This document shows, in pieces, positions 28,801 to 37,318 of a DNA stretch of 64,000 nt; within the stretch, counting starts at the first letter, position 1; each line of letters opens with the position of its first letter. The position numbers were made by a program, and so were the translations under genes. The stretch is from Promethearchaeota archaeon (lineage in GTDB: Archaea; Asgardarchaeota; Lokiarchaeia; Sigyniarchaeales; SOKP01), in assembly GCA_048940645.1 (NCBI GenBank), contig JBHLOI010000005.1, positions 1 through 64,000 of the forward strand. The letters run 5' to 3'. The notes beneath the pieces are model-generated. The model made no database searches. It was not told the origin of the DNA and saw nothing but the letters and a program-made list of their open reading frames with translations.

Positions 28801-29637
28801 GACTTAAAAACCCAAAAAAGTCAATTTAGAATAGGAATTGCTCAAATTGGCTTATCAAAAACCAGTGATATTATAACTGATTTTTTTGAAGAGAAATCCA
28901 ATGGTTTGTTGGGATTTAAAAAGGAGAAAATAAAACCCGTGATAAGTAAAGTTAAAGAAATGGTTGATAATGCTAGTAGCCATAAAATTGATGTTCTAAT
29001 TTTTCCAGAAATGGCTATAGATTTAAATTATAAAGAACTTTTAGAAGAGATATCAAACCTCGCCAAGAAATATAACATGTATATCATTCCAGGTTCTTAT
29101 CACAATCAAGAAACAAAACAAAATATAAGTATGGTTATCTCTCCTGAAAGAATTCTATGGATACAAGAAAAACATATTCCTGCTATAATTCACTTTGAAG
29201 ATAAAAAGTTTAAAGAAGCTATAGAAACCAGCTCAAGACCTCGAAAGATATTAGTATGCAATACTGAATACGGAAGAATTGCCATCACTATATGTCGAGA
29301 CTTCCTTGATATGGATTTAAGAGTTGAATTAAAAAATTTTGAACCTCCTGTTGACATTGTTATAAATCCTGCATTTACCCCCGTCACAGCTGATTTTAAA
29401 GCGGCTCATTTTGATGCACGTAGATCGATTTATGCTTATTGTTTTTTTGCTAATGTAGCTGAATTTGGTGAATCCCTCATCTACACTCCTGAAAAAGATC
29501 GTACTGAAAGAAGCATTCCAGCAAAAGAAGAAGGTCTGATATATAAAGATGTCAATTTATTCAAATTACGATCAGAACGTAAAAAATGGGAAAAAGAGCA
29601 AAAAAAGGACGTGCAATTTATCCAGAGCACGAGATAA
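25801..29637 (+). CDS. Large TPR/SNAP-like helical repeat protein with C-terminal nitrilase domain, copy 2
   Basis: Full-length paralogue of the preceding gene; LIFPEM / QEKHIP / ITICRDF; CRDFLDMDLRVELKNFEPPVDIV identical between the copies. Confidence 0.85.
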   Translation: MRMVRITQSELLSKAKAEEKNYNWLKAATLYEQVANAFLDEQSLEKTAKYCKKLGHAYVKASHTADTSEGFRNINNLAIKAYKNALNFFNQIKKNPEDLECEAEIFSIKGVLANSALEGKINFKKSYELFVKSSEIYRNNDDQESTARTLSSATESLFRLVFCSPEQEEIENYIQKGLKIGQEAWVLAKKGNYYDILAELLYSIGKLTFLYCFVIPFKWTDDFRKYFNKYKSIGDISLKLIQECTAPDVIAKVNLFTGIIYASFAIQIIEDSIKQKEYGDKGIVLMEIGLNYMKKVKDKRDIIYGIFFLNYLATSLRRFNYVQKRIWQDVHTLLELGEVYKGLLIEPYFLRTIFPAFYYTNLSQRSFIKPDQQKKYAKLAIQYSKESLEVFSFLPMLTWSYQALTWSYSKLAYLTNVQDEQNKYINKMTSYAKKAENLAKNYKGGFSVAAGYSSLFKAYKTQADLSKKAVKKIELLKLSIEAHKNYLGNEVESPTGIIAAQIRLGLLYQELGILTQQSETFERARDAFLLVEQESKRRKFFYYTATAYEYLAHIEDRIGNYSDSANYYEKAREIYQNLLDTVEQKPLRKNIIEKVEYTTAWNLVEKAKSFHRNEEHLMAKESYQKASEIQNNIPKFNFESHYYEAWALLEEAEHFSKQEKQRETINKYKESQNAFENTIDILVEKSKSSKLREVKERIEKLEKVAKLRINYCSAKINLEEGRILGKRGEHFKASERFGKAASQFRNVCTRYKIEKERKDLEAIYYLCRAWENMELAENYLEPERYAEAADLFLKASQLFQDSKMKLLASGNSAFCNALKLGCRFDESYDSETKGKLYPNIKAMLRGAANSYEKGGFKNGADWAIGTSTYFDGVWHVIKADEELDLEEKERLLKLGEQILKSTADLFGKAGYEDKQNEVLNRIELIKKEEKILFSALNSIKKPEISGSTTGIIAPACPIEISQSPRLSEVHQITENIIRRYVEEKTEQKKYEITYTDFLKQDLKTQKSQFRIGIAQIGLSKTSDIITDFFEEKSNGLLGFKKEKIKPVISKVKEMVDNASSHKIDVLIFPEMAIDLNYKELLEEISNLAKKYNMYIIPGSYHNQETKQNISMVISPERILWIQEKHIPAIIHFEDKKFKEAIETSSRPRKILVCNTEYGRIAITICRDFLDMDLRVELKNFEPPVDIVINPAFTPVTADFKAAHFDARRSIYAYCFFANVAEFGESLIYTPEKDRTERSIPAKEEGLIYKDVNLFKLRSERKKWEKEQKKDVQFIQSTR

Positions 29638-29717
29638 TTTTTTATCTGAAATCTTATATTCTTTTAAATATATTTAAAATTAAGGGATTAAACTAATTTC
29701 TTAAGTGAATTTTTTAC

Positions 29718-30533
29718 ATGAGTAAGGGATTTAGACTTCTTCGAGTAGAGTATCTTTTTTCTGTATTAATACCATGTTTATTATGTATATATTTGAATGA
29801 TTATGATGTAGTTTCTCACATTTGGATTTTAGCTGGATTTGGCTTTTACGCTATTACAGGGAATACTCTTAATGATGTAATTGATATGAAGGATCCTAAA
29901 GAAAAAGAAACACTTGAACGAGTTGAGGGATACGGACGTAAAGAAATAGGAGTTCTTTCAATCTCAAGTTTTATGATAGGTACAATGTGTTTCTTGAATG
30001 AAATTTTAATAAAGCCATTATTAGCTGTTTATTTAGCATTAATCATAATTATGGTAATTTTTTACTGCTTATTTAAAAAATTGGTGATAATAAACCATAT
30101 AATATTAGGAATTTCTCATATATTTTTACCTTATTTTATGATTAAAATTAATGCAGGAGACACCATCTTGAATTACTTTCCTAATTTGACATTATCAGAG
30201 TGGCTTATTGTAGTCTCAGTAACTTCTGCTGGTTTTGTAGGACAAATGTTACATGAAATGATTGATGGAGATGCTCTTGCTAGATTAAAACCAAGATCTT
30301 CTCAAATTGTCATGTGGATTTCATCCTTAATTGCATTAACAATGTCAATAATATCATTGATAATTACTAATTATTTGATTTTTCTGCCAATAATAATTTT
30401 CCCAATTGGGGTTATATATATTTTCAGGAAACCTAGGAAGGATCTATTAGGTAAAACTTCATTAAAGGATACAGGTATCATTTTGGGTAATCTGATATTT
30501 GCATATATTATAATTCTTATTGTTACTTCATAA
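29718..30533 (+). CDS. UbiA-family prenyltransferase-like membrane protein
   Basis: Multi-TM; NTLNDVIDMKD (NDxxDxxD) and a second acidic motif HEMIDGD. Confidence 0.7.
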   Translation: MSKGFRLLRVEYLFSVLIPCLLCIYLNDYDVVSHIWILAGFGFYAITGNTLNDVIDMKDPKEKETLERVEGYGRKEIGVLSISSFMIGTMCFLNEILIKPLLAVYLALIIIMVIFYCLFKKLVIINHIILGISHIFLPYFMIKINAGDTILNYFPNLTLSEWLIVVSVTSAGFVGQMLHEMIDGDALARLKPRSSQIVMWISSLIALTMSIISLIITNYLIFLPIIIFPIGVIYIFRKPRKDLLGKTSLKDTGIILGNLIFAYIIILIVTS

Positions 30534-30631
30534 AGATAAGGAAAGATTTATATTTAGGTTTAAAAGTTTATATTAATTTTTGCTAATATTAGATAAAGGG
30601 ATATATTAATTTAAATAAAAGAATAAAGATA

Positions 30632-31903
30632 ATGTCAAAGATTAAGCCAATTAAAAAAGAATTTTTCATGGATTTTAATGAGGGGGCATGTACTTTATGT
30701 GGTGAATGCTTTCATAAATGTCCGGTTATGTTACTCCCTATTGATTTTGCAATTGATGAGATGAAAAAACTTATTGCTGACGAAGATACTGTGAGAATTT
30801 TAAGCGAGTGCCAAAGTTGTTTTTCATGTAATTTTTATTGTCCCGAGAATGCCCACCCAACAAGTCTTATTTTAAAACGTTGGAATGAACAGTATAAAAA
30901 ACAGGGATTACGTATAAGGGGAAAGCATTATATGACTCTATATCCTCATTATCCTAATTTCCGTTCATATGTTATGGAACATATACCAAAAAGGACAAAA
31001 GAACTTGTTAAACAGTGGGCATCGTTAGAACCGTTAAAGGGAGATACCCTAACATATCCAGGATGTAATGTTATCACTTTTGCTGAGCTTACACAAGCTA
31101 GTTTTTTTAAAGGTCTAGATATTAGGGGTAGGTTAGAATATTGCTGTGGAGAAACCTTATTTCGAACTGGCTATAAAGATGAACTATTTCAAATCACTAA
31201 AAGATTAGATAAATGGTTTAATATTTTAAAGCCGAAAAAGTTGCTTGTACTATGTACTGCAGGAACTAATGTTTTTAAAAATGTATTACCTCACTACGGT
31301 TTAAATTATCAATTTGAAGAAATAAAATCATATATCCAATATTTATGGGAGAAAATACAGAACGGAGAAATCCAAATTAAAAATAAATTGGATATGACGG
31401 TAAGTATCCAAGATTCTTGTTATGCTAAGATGTTTGGTGATGAATATATGGATCTGCCCCGAAAAATATTAGAGACGATTGGAGTAAAAGTTAGAGAAAC
31501 CGATTCATTTAGGGAGAATATGCGATGTTGCGGAATAGGAGCAGGTTTTTCAACTAACTCTGCTTATCATTCATTTAAAATAAGATCCTCAACTATTAGA
31601 AATTTTAAAGCTTTTAGAAAAACTAAAACAGATGCAATATGCGTGTATTGTGCTGGATGCCTTGCAACATTCATGGGTAATAAGAAACTCTATTTCAGAA
31701 AGCTTAGAGTGTATCATATAATCGAATTATTACAAATGGCGATTGGAGAAAAATCTTCTCTAACAAGGAAAGCGAAAAAAAAGAGAGGGAAACATTTTTT
31801 TTGGGGAGCAATTCGGAAACAAATTCCTAAAATCTCTTCAAAGAAAACTTTTAAGATGGCAGAAATACCTGAAAATCCTCCTAATTATGATGAGGCTTGG
31901 TAA
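30632..31903 (+). CDS. Fe-S oxidoreductase with CCG domains (HdrD/GlpC-like)
   Basis: CTLCGECFHKCP, CQSCFSCNFYCP, YPGC, YCCG, QDSC, RCCG, YCAGC. Confidence 0.85.
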   Translation: MSKIKPIKKEFFMDFNEGACTLCGECFHKCPVMLLPIDFAIDEMKKLIADEDTVRILSECQSCFSCNFYCPENAHPTSLILKRWNEQYKKQGLRIRGKHYMTLYPHYPNFRSYVMEHIPKRTKELVKQWASLEPLKGDTLTYPGCNVITFAELTQASFFKGLDIRGRLEYCCGETLFRTGYKDELFQITKRLDKWFNILKPKKLLVLCTAGTNVFKNVLPHYGLNYQFEEIKSYIQYLWEKIQNGEIQIKNKLDMTVSIQDSCYAKMFGDEYMDLPRKILETIGVKVRETDSFRENMRCCGIGAGFSTNSAYHSFKIRSSTIRNFKAFRKTKTDAICVYCAGCLATFMGNKKLYFRKLRVYHIIELLQMAIGEKSSLTRKAKKKRGKHFFWGAIRKQIPKISSKKTFKMAEIPENPPNYDEAW

Positions 31904-33267
31904 AAATGAGCAGATCTAAAAGAATTACAGGCTTTAGAGAAAATTTATGTAATATATGCGGTGAATGCCTTCATTTATGTCCTGTCTTAAATTTATCAAT
32001 TGAAGAATCAAAAAAAGAAGTTAAGAACTTAATCGATGGTAAAAAGTCCAAGTACGCACTTTATAAGTGTACTACTTGTTTTTCATGTAACTTATATTGT
32101 TCTCAGCATGCGAATCCATATCAGTTAATCCTTGAAAGATGGAATGAGCTATATAAAGAGCGAGGAGCTCCTCCATTATATCGATTTGTGTGTCCTACTA
32201 TGGAATCCAATATTTGGCAACTTCTCAATGTGTTTCTATCAAATCAGGAAAGAAGATGGATTTACAAATGGATGCATTATATCCCAAAATCAAATGACAC
32301 ACCCTTATTGATTGGAAACTATACCCACTTATTTCCATTTATAATTGGTGGAAGTAAGTTATTGGATTATTTCAAACCGATTGATAGAATTGACCAATGG
32401 GAAGGCGGTGCTTACTTATATCAAGGTGGTTACTTAGATACTGTTCAAAGGATCGCTCAAAGAACAAAAAATGATTTTGATTCTTGGGGCGTTAAGAATA
32501 TAGTCGCTTGCTTGGATGCTGTAGAGTATATATTTAAAGAAGTCCATCCTAAGGAGATGGGAGTGAATCACTCGCAAAATTTCATTAATTTTAATCAATG
32601 GCTATTAGATAAAATAAATTCTGGAGAGTTAAACTTAATAAAACAGTTAAATCTAAGTGTTACTGTTCACGATAATTGCTATTCTAAGACTATAGAAGGT
32701 CCTTATTGGGAAATTCCAAGAAAAATATTAAAAAAGTGTGGTTGTAAGTTAATTGAAATGATGCATAATAGGAAAGATTCGCTATGTTGCGGATTTGGCT
32801 CTGGAGCATCTTGGGTTAAAAATTTATCAATCATTTTTGATATTATCACAGAAGGAATGAAAAAGTTTAAAGAAGCAGAAGAAACAGGGGCAAAAGCTTT
32901 AATATCTTATTGTGGTGGCTGTATCTATTTATTATGGGCCACAAAAGAACTCTTAAGAAGTAAAATAGAAATTTTTCATGTTATAGAGGTTGTGAGGATG
33001 GCAATGGGAGAAAGATTGAATTATCCAAGAGATCATATTAGTAGAGCATGGGATATAATAGCAATAATGACCTATTCACTGCTTTTATCATTTTTTAATA
33101 AGAACTTCTATATAAAACAAATCACATATGATAAGGATTTAAGCACATTTAAACCAAAGAAATATAGGTTATTAAAAACCATTAGATATGTAATGGATTT
33201 TCCTCTAATGAAGAATATATTCGCAAAAGTTTTTCATTTATTGCGTGTAATCCTAAAATCTAAATGA
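31897..33267 (+). CDS. Fe-S oxidoreductase with CCG domains (HdrD/GlpC-like), first CCG domain degenerate
   Basis: CNICGECLHLCP, CTTCFSCNLYC, HDNC, LCCG, YCGGC; the first CCG position reads QWEGG. Confidence 0.85.
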   Translation: MVKMSRSKRITGFRENLCNICGECLHLCPVLNLSIEESKKEVKNLIDGKKSKYALYKCTTCFSCNLYCSQHANPYQLILERWNELYKERGAPPLYRFVCPTMESNIWQLLNVFLSNQERRWIYKWMHYIPKSNDTPLLIGNYTHLFPFIIGGSKLLDYFKPIDRIDQWEGGAYLYQGGYLDTVQRIAQRTKNDFDSWGVKNIVACLDAVEYIFKEVHPKEMGVNHSQNFINFNQWLLDKINSGELNLIKQLNLSVTVHDNCYSKTIEGPYWEIPRKILKKCGCKLIEMMHNRKDSLCCGFGSGASWVKNLSIIFDIITEGMKKFKEAEETGAKALISYCGGCIYLLWATKELLRSKIEIFHVIEVVRMAMGERLNYPRDHISRAWDIIAIMTYSLLLSFFNKNFYIKQITYDKDLSTFKPKKYRLLKTIRYVMDFPLMKNIFAKVFHLLRVILKSK

Positions 33268-33287
33268 AATGAAAAAGGAGAAATTAC

Positions 33288-33569
33288 ATGTTTATTCATA
33301 TGTCAATTCATTATCCGAAACCAGAAAAAGAACAGCTACTAATTGATTCTATGCATCGTTTTGGAAAAGCTATGGAAGGAAAAGCAGGGCTTATTGCAGC
33401 TCATACAACCAAGGATCAAGATACAGGTCGCCTTATTGGTCTTGCTATTTGGAATTCAAAAGAAGAATGGCTTGCTGCAAGACCTGCTATGATCGAAGCG
33501 GTCAAAGATGATCCTTTTGAAGATTGGGAAGAAAAACCACCCGAAGTTTATCATCTATCTAAAGTTTAA
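33288..33569 (+). CDS. Antibiotic biosynthesis monooxygenase (ABM)-like dimeric alpha/beta barrel protein
   Basis: Size and pattern (GLIAAH...LIGLAIWNSKEEW...PPEVY). Confidence 0.75.
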   Translation: MFIHMSIHYPKPEKEQLLIDSMHRFGKAMEGKAGLIAAHTTKDQDTGRLIGLAIWNSKEEWLAARPAMIEAVKDDPFEDWEEKPPEVYHLSKV

Positions 33570-33580
33570 AATGAGAATGT

Positions 33581-34633
33581 ATGGATTTTACTAATCCACG
33601 ATATTTGAAAAAAGCAATTTATCAAGAAATTATTAGTGAAAAAATTTCTCAATGTTTAACTTGTGAACGTAATTGTGAAATTTCAAATGGAAATTCAGGT
33701 TTTTGCCAAACACGTATCAATCTTAATGGAGAAATTTTTAGTATTGTTTATGGACTAATTCCTGCGCTATCTTTTAATCCAATAGAGAAGAAACCTTTAT
33801 ATCATTTTTATCCTGGAAGTGTTGCCATTACAATTGGAACATATGGCTGTAATTTTAGTTGTTTTTGGTGTCAAAATCATCATATTTCGCATCCAAAGAA
33901 AGCCATATCTAATATAGTTAAAAATTCAAAAGAATTCTTGTCTCCAGAAGAAGTAATTAAAATAGCAAAAAAGAATAACTGCCAAGGCACTTCAATTTCC
34001 TTTAATGAACCCACTTTACTTTTTGAATATTCATTAGAGGTCTTTAAATTAGCTAAAAAGGAAGGGCTTTACAACACATATGTTACTAATGGATATATGA
34101 CTGAAAAAGTACTAGAGGATTTAATCAAAAATGGTTTAGATGCAATGAATATAGATATAAAAGGAGAAGCAGATATGGTCAAAAGATATTGTGGAGCAGA
34201 TGTAGAAAAAGTATGGAGAAATTCAAAAATAGCTAAAGAATCTGGTGTTCATATCGAAATTACAACGTTATTGATTGAGAACTTAAATACAAATCAAGAG
34301 ATAATAAAGCGCATTGCACAGAGGATTTTAAATGATTTAGGTGATGATACACCTTTTCATTTAACACGGTTTTTTCCGCATTATAAATCTAATGAACATG
34401 AACTTTTTGACCCTACTCCAAAAAATCTTTTATCTCAATCCTATAAAACATCAAAAGAAGTTGGATTAAAGTTTGTTTATTTAGGAAACATACCTTATTC
34501 AGAATATGATAATACTTATTGTAATAAGTGTTCAAAATTAGTAATTGAGAGATCTGGTTTAGGAGTCAGGAAGTTATATTTGGATAATCATGGAAATTGT
34601 AAGTATTGTGGATCTTCCATATGCAAAATTTGA
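33581..34633 (+). CDS. AmmeMemoRadiSam-system radical SAM enzyme (PflA-like)
   Basis: CLTCERNC, NPIEKKPLYHFYPG, GCNFSCFWCQN, FNEP, TNGY, RFFPHY, YLGN. Confidence 0.9.
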   Translation: MDFTNPRYLKKAIYQEIISEKISQCLTCERNCEISNGNSGFCQTRINLNGEIFSIVYGLIPALSFNPIEKKPLYHFYPGSVAITIGTYGCNFSCFWCQNHHISHPKKAISNIVKNSKEFLSPEEVIKIAKKNNCQGTSISFNEPTLLFEYSLEVFKLAKKEGLYNTYVTNGYMTEKVLEDLIKNGLDAMNIDIKGEADMVKRYCGADVEKVWRNSKIAKESGVHIEITTLLIENLNTNQEIIKRIAQRILNDLGDDTPFHLTRFFPHYKSNEHELFDPTPKNLLSQSYKTSKEVGLKFVYLGNIPYSEYDNTYCNKCSKLVIERSGLGVRKLYLDNHGNCKYCGSSICKI

Positions 34634-34691
34634 TAATTTAATATATAGTGAGTAAAAACTCTTAATAAATTCATTAATATATTTAATCGTT

Positions 34692-35519
34692 ATGAATGAA
34701 AAATTCGCAGAAGTTAATGGAATAAATATCTGCTATGAAATCCTTGGTGAAGGATATCCTTTAATTTTAATTCACGGGTATGGTGGAACAAAAGAAATTT
34801 GGTTTGTAATGAAAAATAATTTAAGTAAACATTTTAAGCTAATTATTTTTGATAATCGTAGTGCTGGCAAATCTGATCATCTGAATGAACCAATTTCTAT
34901 GCAAATGTTTGCAGATGATGTAAAAGGATTAATGGATTATCTCAATATAAAGAAAGCACATATTGGAGGAGAGTCTCTTGGGGGTATGATCGCACAACAG
35001 TTTGTGTTAAATTATCCAGAGATGGTTAAAAAGTTGATATTAATCAATACACATTACTCTGGTGTTATGGGAGAAATTATCAAGAGAACAATTATTCAAA
35101 ATTTTGAATCCGGAAAATTAAATCCAGAAGAGGCTTTTTGGGAGAGAGCACAATTTGGATTTCATATAAGTTTCAGAAAGAAATTACAAACAGAGCCTAA
35201 AAAAAAATTTTTTGATACTTTTTCAGTTGAAGATTTAATTAGAATGGAAGCGGAAAATCCAGTAAGCATAAGTGATTTAGAAAACCAAGCTCATGCTTTC
35301 GAGAATTTTAATACTTTAGATAAACTAAATGGAATAAAAAGTCCTACCCTCTTAATTGCGGCTTCACATGATCGAATACTCCCCAATTCACAAATGAAGG
35401 AAATGCATGAAAAAATTCCAAATAGTACTCTCAAAATTCTTCAAAAAACGGGTCATTTTTCAACGACATCTAAAGCCCCCGAAATAGTTAAATTAATTCT
35501 AGATTTTTTAATAAGTTAA
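34692..35519 (+). CDS. Alpha/beta hydrolase 1 of 5 (enol-lactonase/proline iminopeptidase-like fold)
   Basis: LIHGYG, DNRSAGKS, GESLGG, HD, GH. Confidence 0.9.
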   Translation: MNEKFAEVNGINICYEILGEGYPLILIHGYGGTKEIWFVMKNNLSKHFKLIIFDNRSAGKSDHLNEPISMQMFADDVKGLMDYLNIKKAHIGGESLGGMIAQQFVLNYPEMVKKLILINTHYSGVMGEIIKRTIIQNFESGKLNPEEAFWERAQFGFHISFRKKLQTEPKKKFFDTFSVEDLIRMEAENPVSISDLENQAHAFENFNTLDKLNGIKSPTLLIAASHDRILPNSQMKEMHEKIPNSTLKILQKTGHFSTTSKAPEIVKLILDFLIS

Positions 35520-35529
35520 TTGTCACCAA

Positions 35530-36378
35530 ATGGTTTTATTTATGGCAGAAGCTTTTGCTAAAGTAAATGGAATCAAAATTTGCTACGAAATCCACGGTGA
35601 AGGATATCCAGTTATTTTAATACATGGGTTTGGCTCTAGAAAGGAAAGTTGGATGGGCCAATTCCCGATTTTAAGTCAAAAATATAAAGTAATTAGATTC
35701 GATAATAGAGGAGCAGGGAAATCCGACCATCCTGATATGCCCTATACAATGGAGATATTTGTTGAAGATATTAGGGCTCTCATGGATTTTTTGGATATCA
35801 ACAATGCTCATTTTTTAGGATTTTCATTAGGCGGAACAATTTTGCAACATTTCACATTAAAATATCCAGAAAGAGTTAATAAACTTGTTCTAATTAATTC
35901 AATAGCAAAAATGCCTGAAGGCTATGGCCCAGATATGTTTATAAATTCTCATCTTAGAGGTTTGGAATTAATAAAAATAGATCCTGTAAAAGCTTTTTGG
36001 CATGGAGCTAAAACAGGATTTTATGTTAAATTTAGAAAAGAAATGGAATCGAATCCCAAAAAAAAATTCTACAATCTGTGGTCAGTAGAGGATCTAATTA
36101 ATTATTATAAAACCTTCTCACCCACACCTCAAGATATAAAAAATCTTGCTCATGCACTTACAACAATTAAAGCTTTTGAAAAATTAAGCGAGATTAAATG
36201 CAAAACTTTAGTTTTAACAGCTTCTCATGATAGATTAGTGCCAAAATCCATAATGTATGAGATTCATAAAAAACTACCTAATAGCATTTTTACAGTGATA
36301 GATAAAGCAGGACATGAATCTCCAAAAGAAAGAGCTCCAGAAGTAAATGAAGCAATTTTAAATTTCCTTGAAAATTAG
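35530..36378 (+). CDS. Alpha/beta hydrolase 2 of 5
   Basis: HGFG, DNRGAGKS, GFSLGG, HD, AGH. Confidence 0.9.
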   Translation: MVLFMAEAFAKVNGIKICYEIHGEGYPVILIHGFGSRKESWMGQFPILSQKYKVIRFDNRGAGKSDHPDMPYTMEIFVEDIRALMDFLDINNAHFLGFSLGGTILQHFTLKYPERVNKLVLINSIAKMPEGYGPDMFINSHLRGLELIKIDPVKAFWHGAKTGFYVKFRKEMESNPKKKFYNLWSVEDLINYYKTFSPTPQDIKNLAHALTTIKAFEKLSEIKCKTLVLTASHDRLVPKSIMYEIHKKLPNSIFTVIDKAGHESPKERAPEVNEAILNFLEN

Positions 36379-36453
36379 AATCTTAAATTGATAAAAGTAA
36401 CTTTTATTATTATAGAAAAATTGTACTTATTAAAATAAATTAAGGGAATTATA

Positions 36454-37305
36454 TTGACCGAAGCATTTGCTGATGCAAATGGGATAAAGCTATGTTATGA
36501 AATTCTTGGTGAAGGTTTTCCTGTTATTTTAGTCCATGGTTTTGGCGATAAGAAAGAACACTGGCGTGCTCAAGTTGGGGATTTATCTGATTATTTTAAA
36601 GTAATTAGGTTTGATAACCGAGGTGCAGGAAAATCAGAAAGACCCGATGGACCCTATTCAATGGAACTTTATGCAGATGATATTAATGCTTTAATGGATT
36701 ATTTGGAGATTGAAAAAGCTCATATTATAGGACATTCATTAGGGGGTATGATAGTACAGAACTTCATTCTTAAATATCCGCATAAGACTAGCAAAGTAAT
36801 ATTAATAAATACTCTTTCAGGAATAACCTTACCAGGAATCCCTAATGAAAAAGGGATAGAAATGTACAGAAAAAACGCTATCGCTAATCTTAACGAACTA
36901 ATGGAGGATCCAACTAATAAGTTTTTAGAAAGTGCAAAAAGAAGTTATTCTCGGTCATTTTGGAAATTAATGGTAGAGAACCCCCAAAAAAAATTTCATG
37001 GGATTTGGTCGGTTGAAGATTTAGTACAAGAAAAAATGAATAATCCTACTAGAATAAAAGATATAAATAATCAAGTAGAAGCTCTTAAAACGCATAATGT
37101 TTATGAAAAATTACCAACAATTGAAAATGAAGTTCTTATTCTGGCAGCAGAGAAAGATAAAACTTGCACCACAACTATGAACGAAAAAACTCATGAGCTT
37201 ATCCCAAATAGTAAATTAATAGTAATTGAAAAAGCAGCTCATCAATCTATTTTAGAAAAAGCTCCAGAAGTTAATAAATTGATAATTGAATTTTTAAAAA
37301 GTTAA
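36454..37305 (+). CDS. Alpha/beta hydrolase 3 of 5
   Basis: HGFG, DNRGAGKS, GHSLGG, KD, AAH. Confidence 0.9.
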   Translation: MTEAFADANGIKLCYEILGEGFPVILVHGFGDKKEHWRAQVGDLSDYFKVIRFDNRGAGKSERPDGPYSMELYADDINALMDYLEIEKAHIIGHSLGGMIVQNFILKYPHKTSKVILINTLSGITLPGIPNEKGIEMYRKNAIANLNELMEDPTNKFLESAKRSYSRSFWKLMVENPQKKFHGIWSVEDLVQEKMNNPTRIKDINNQVEALKTHNVYEKLPTIENEVLILAAEKDKTCTTTMNEKTHELIPNSKLIVIEKAAHQSILEKAPEVNKLIIEFLKS

Positions 37306-37318
37306 AAACAATATAAAT

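Noticed and set aside
8361-33267. Possible selenocysteine (UGA) recoding in the Fe-S oxidoreductases
   Set aside because: The BzdV-like and HdrD-like ORFs are full length with no internal TGA, and I saw no convincing SECIS-like hairpin.
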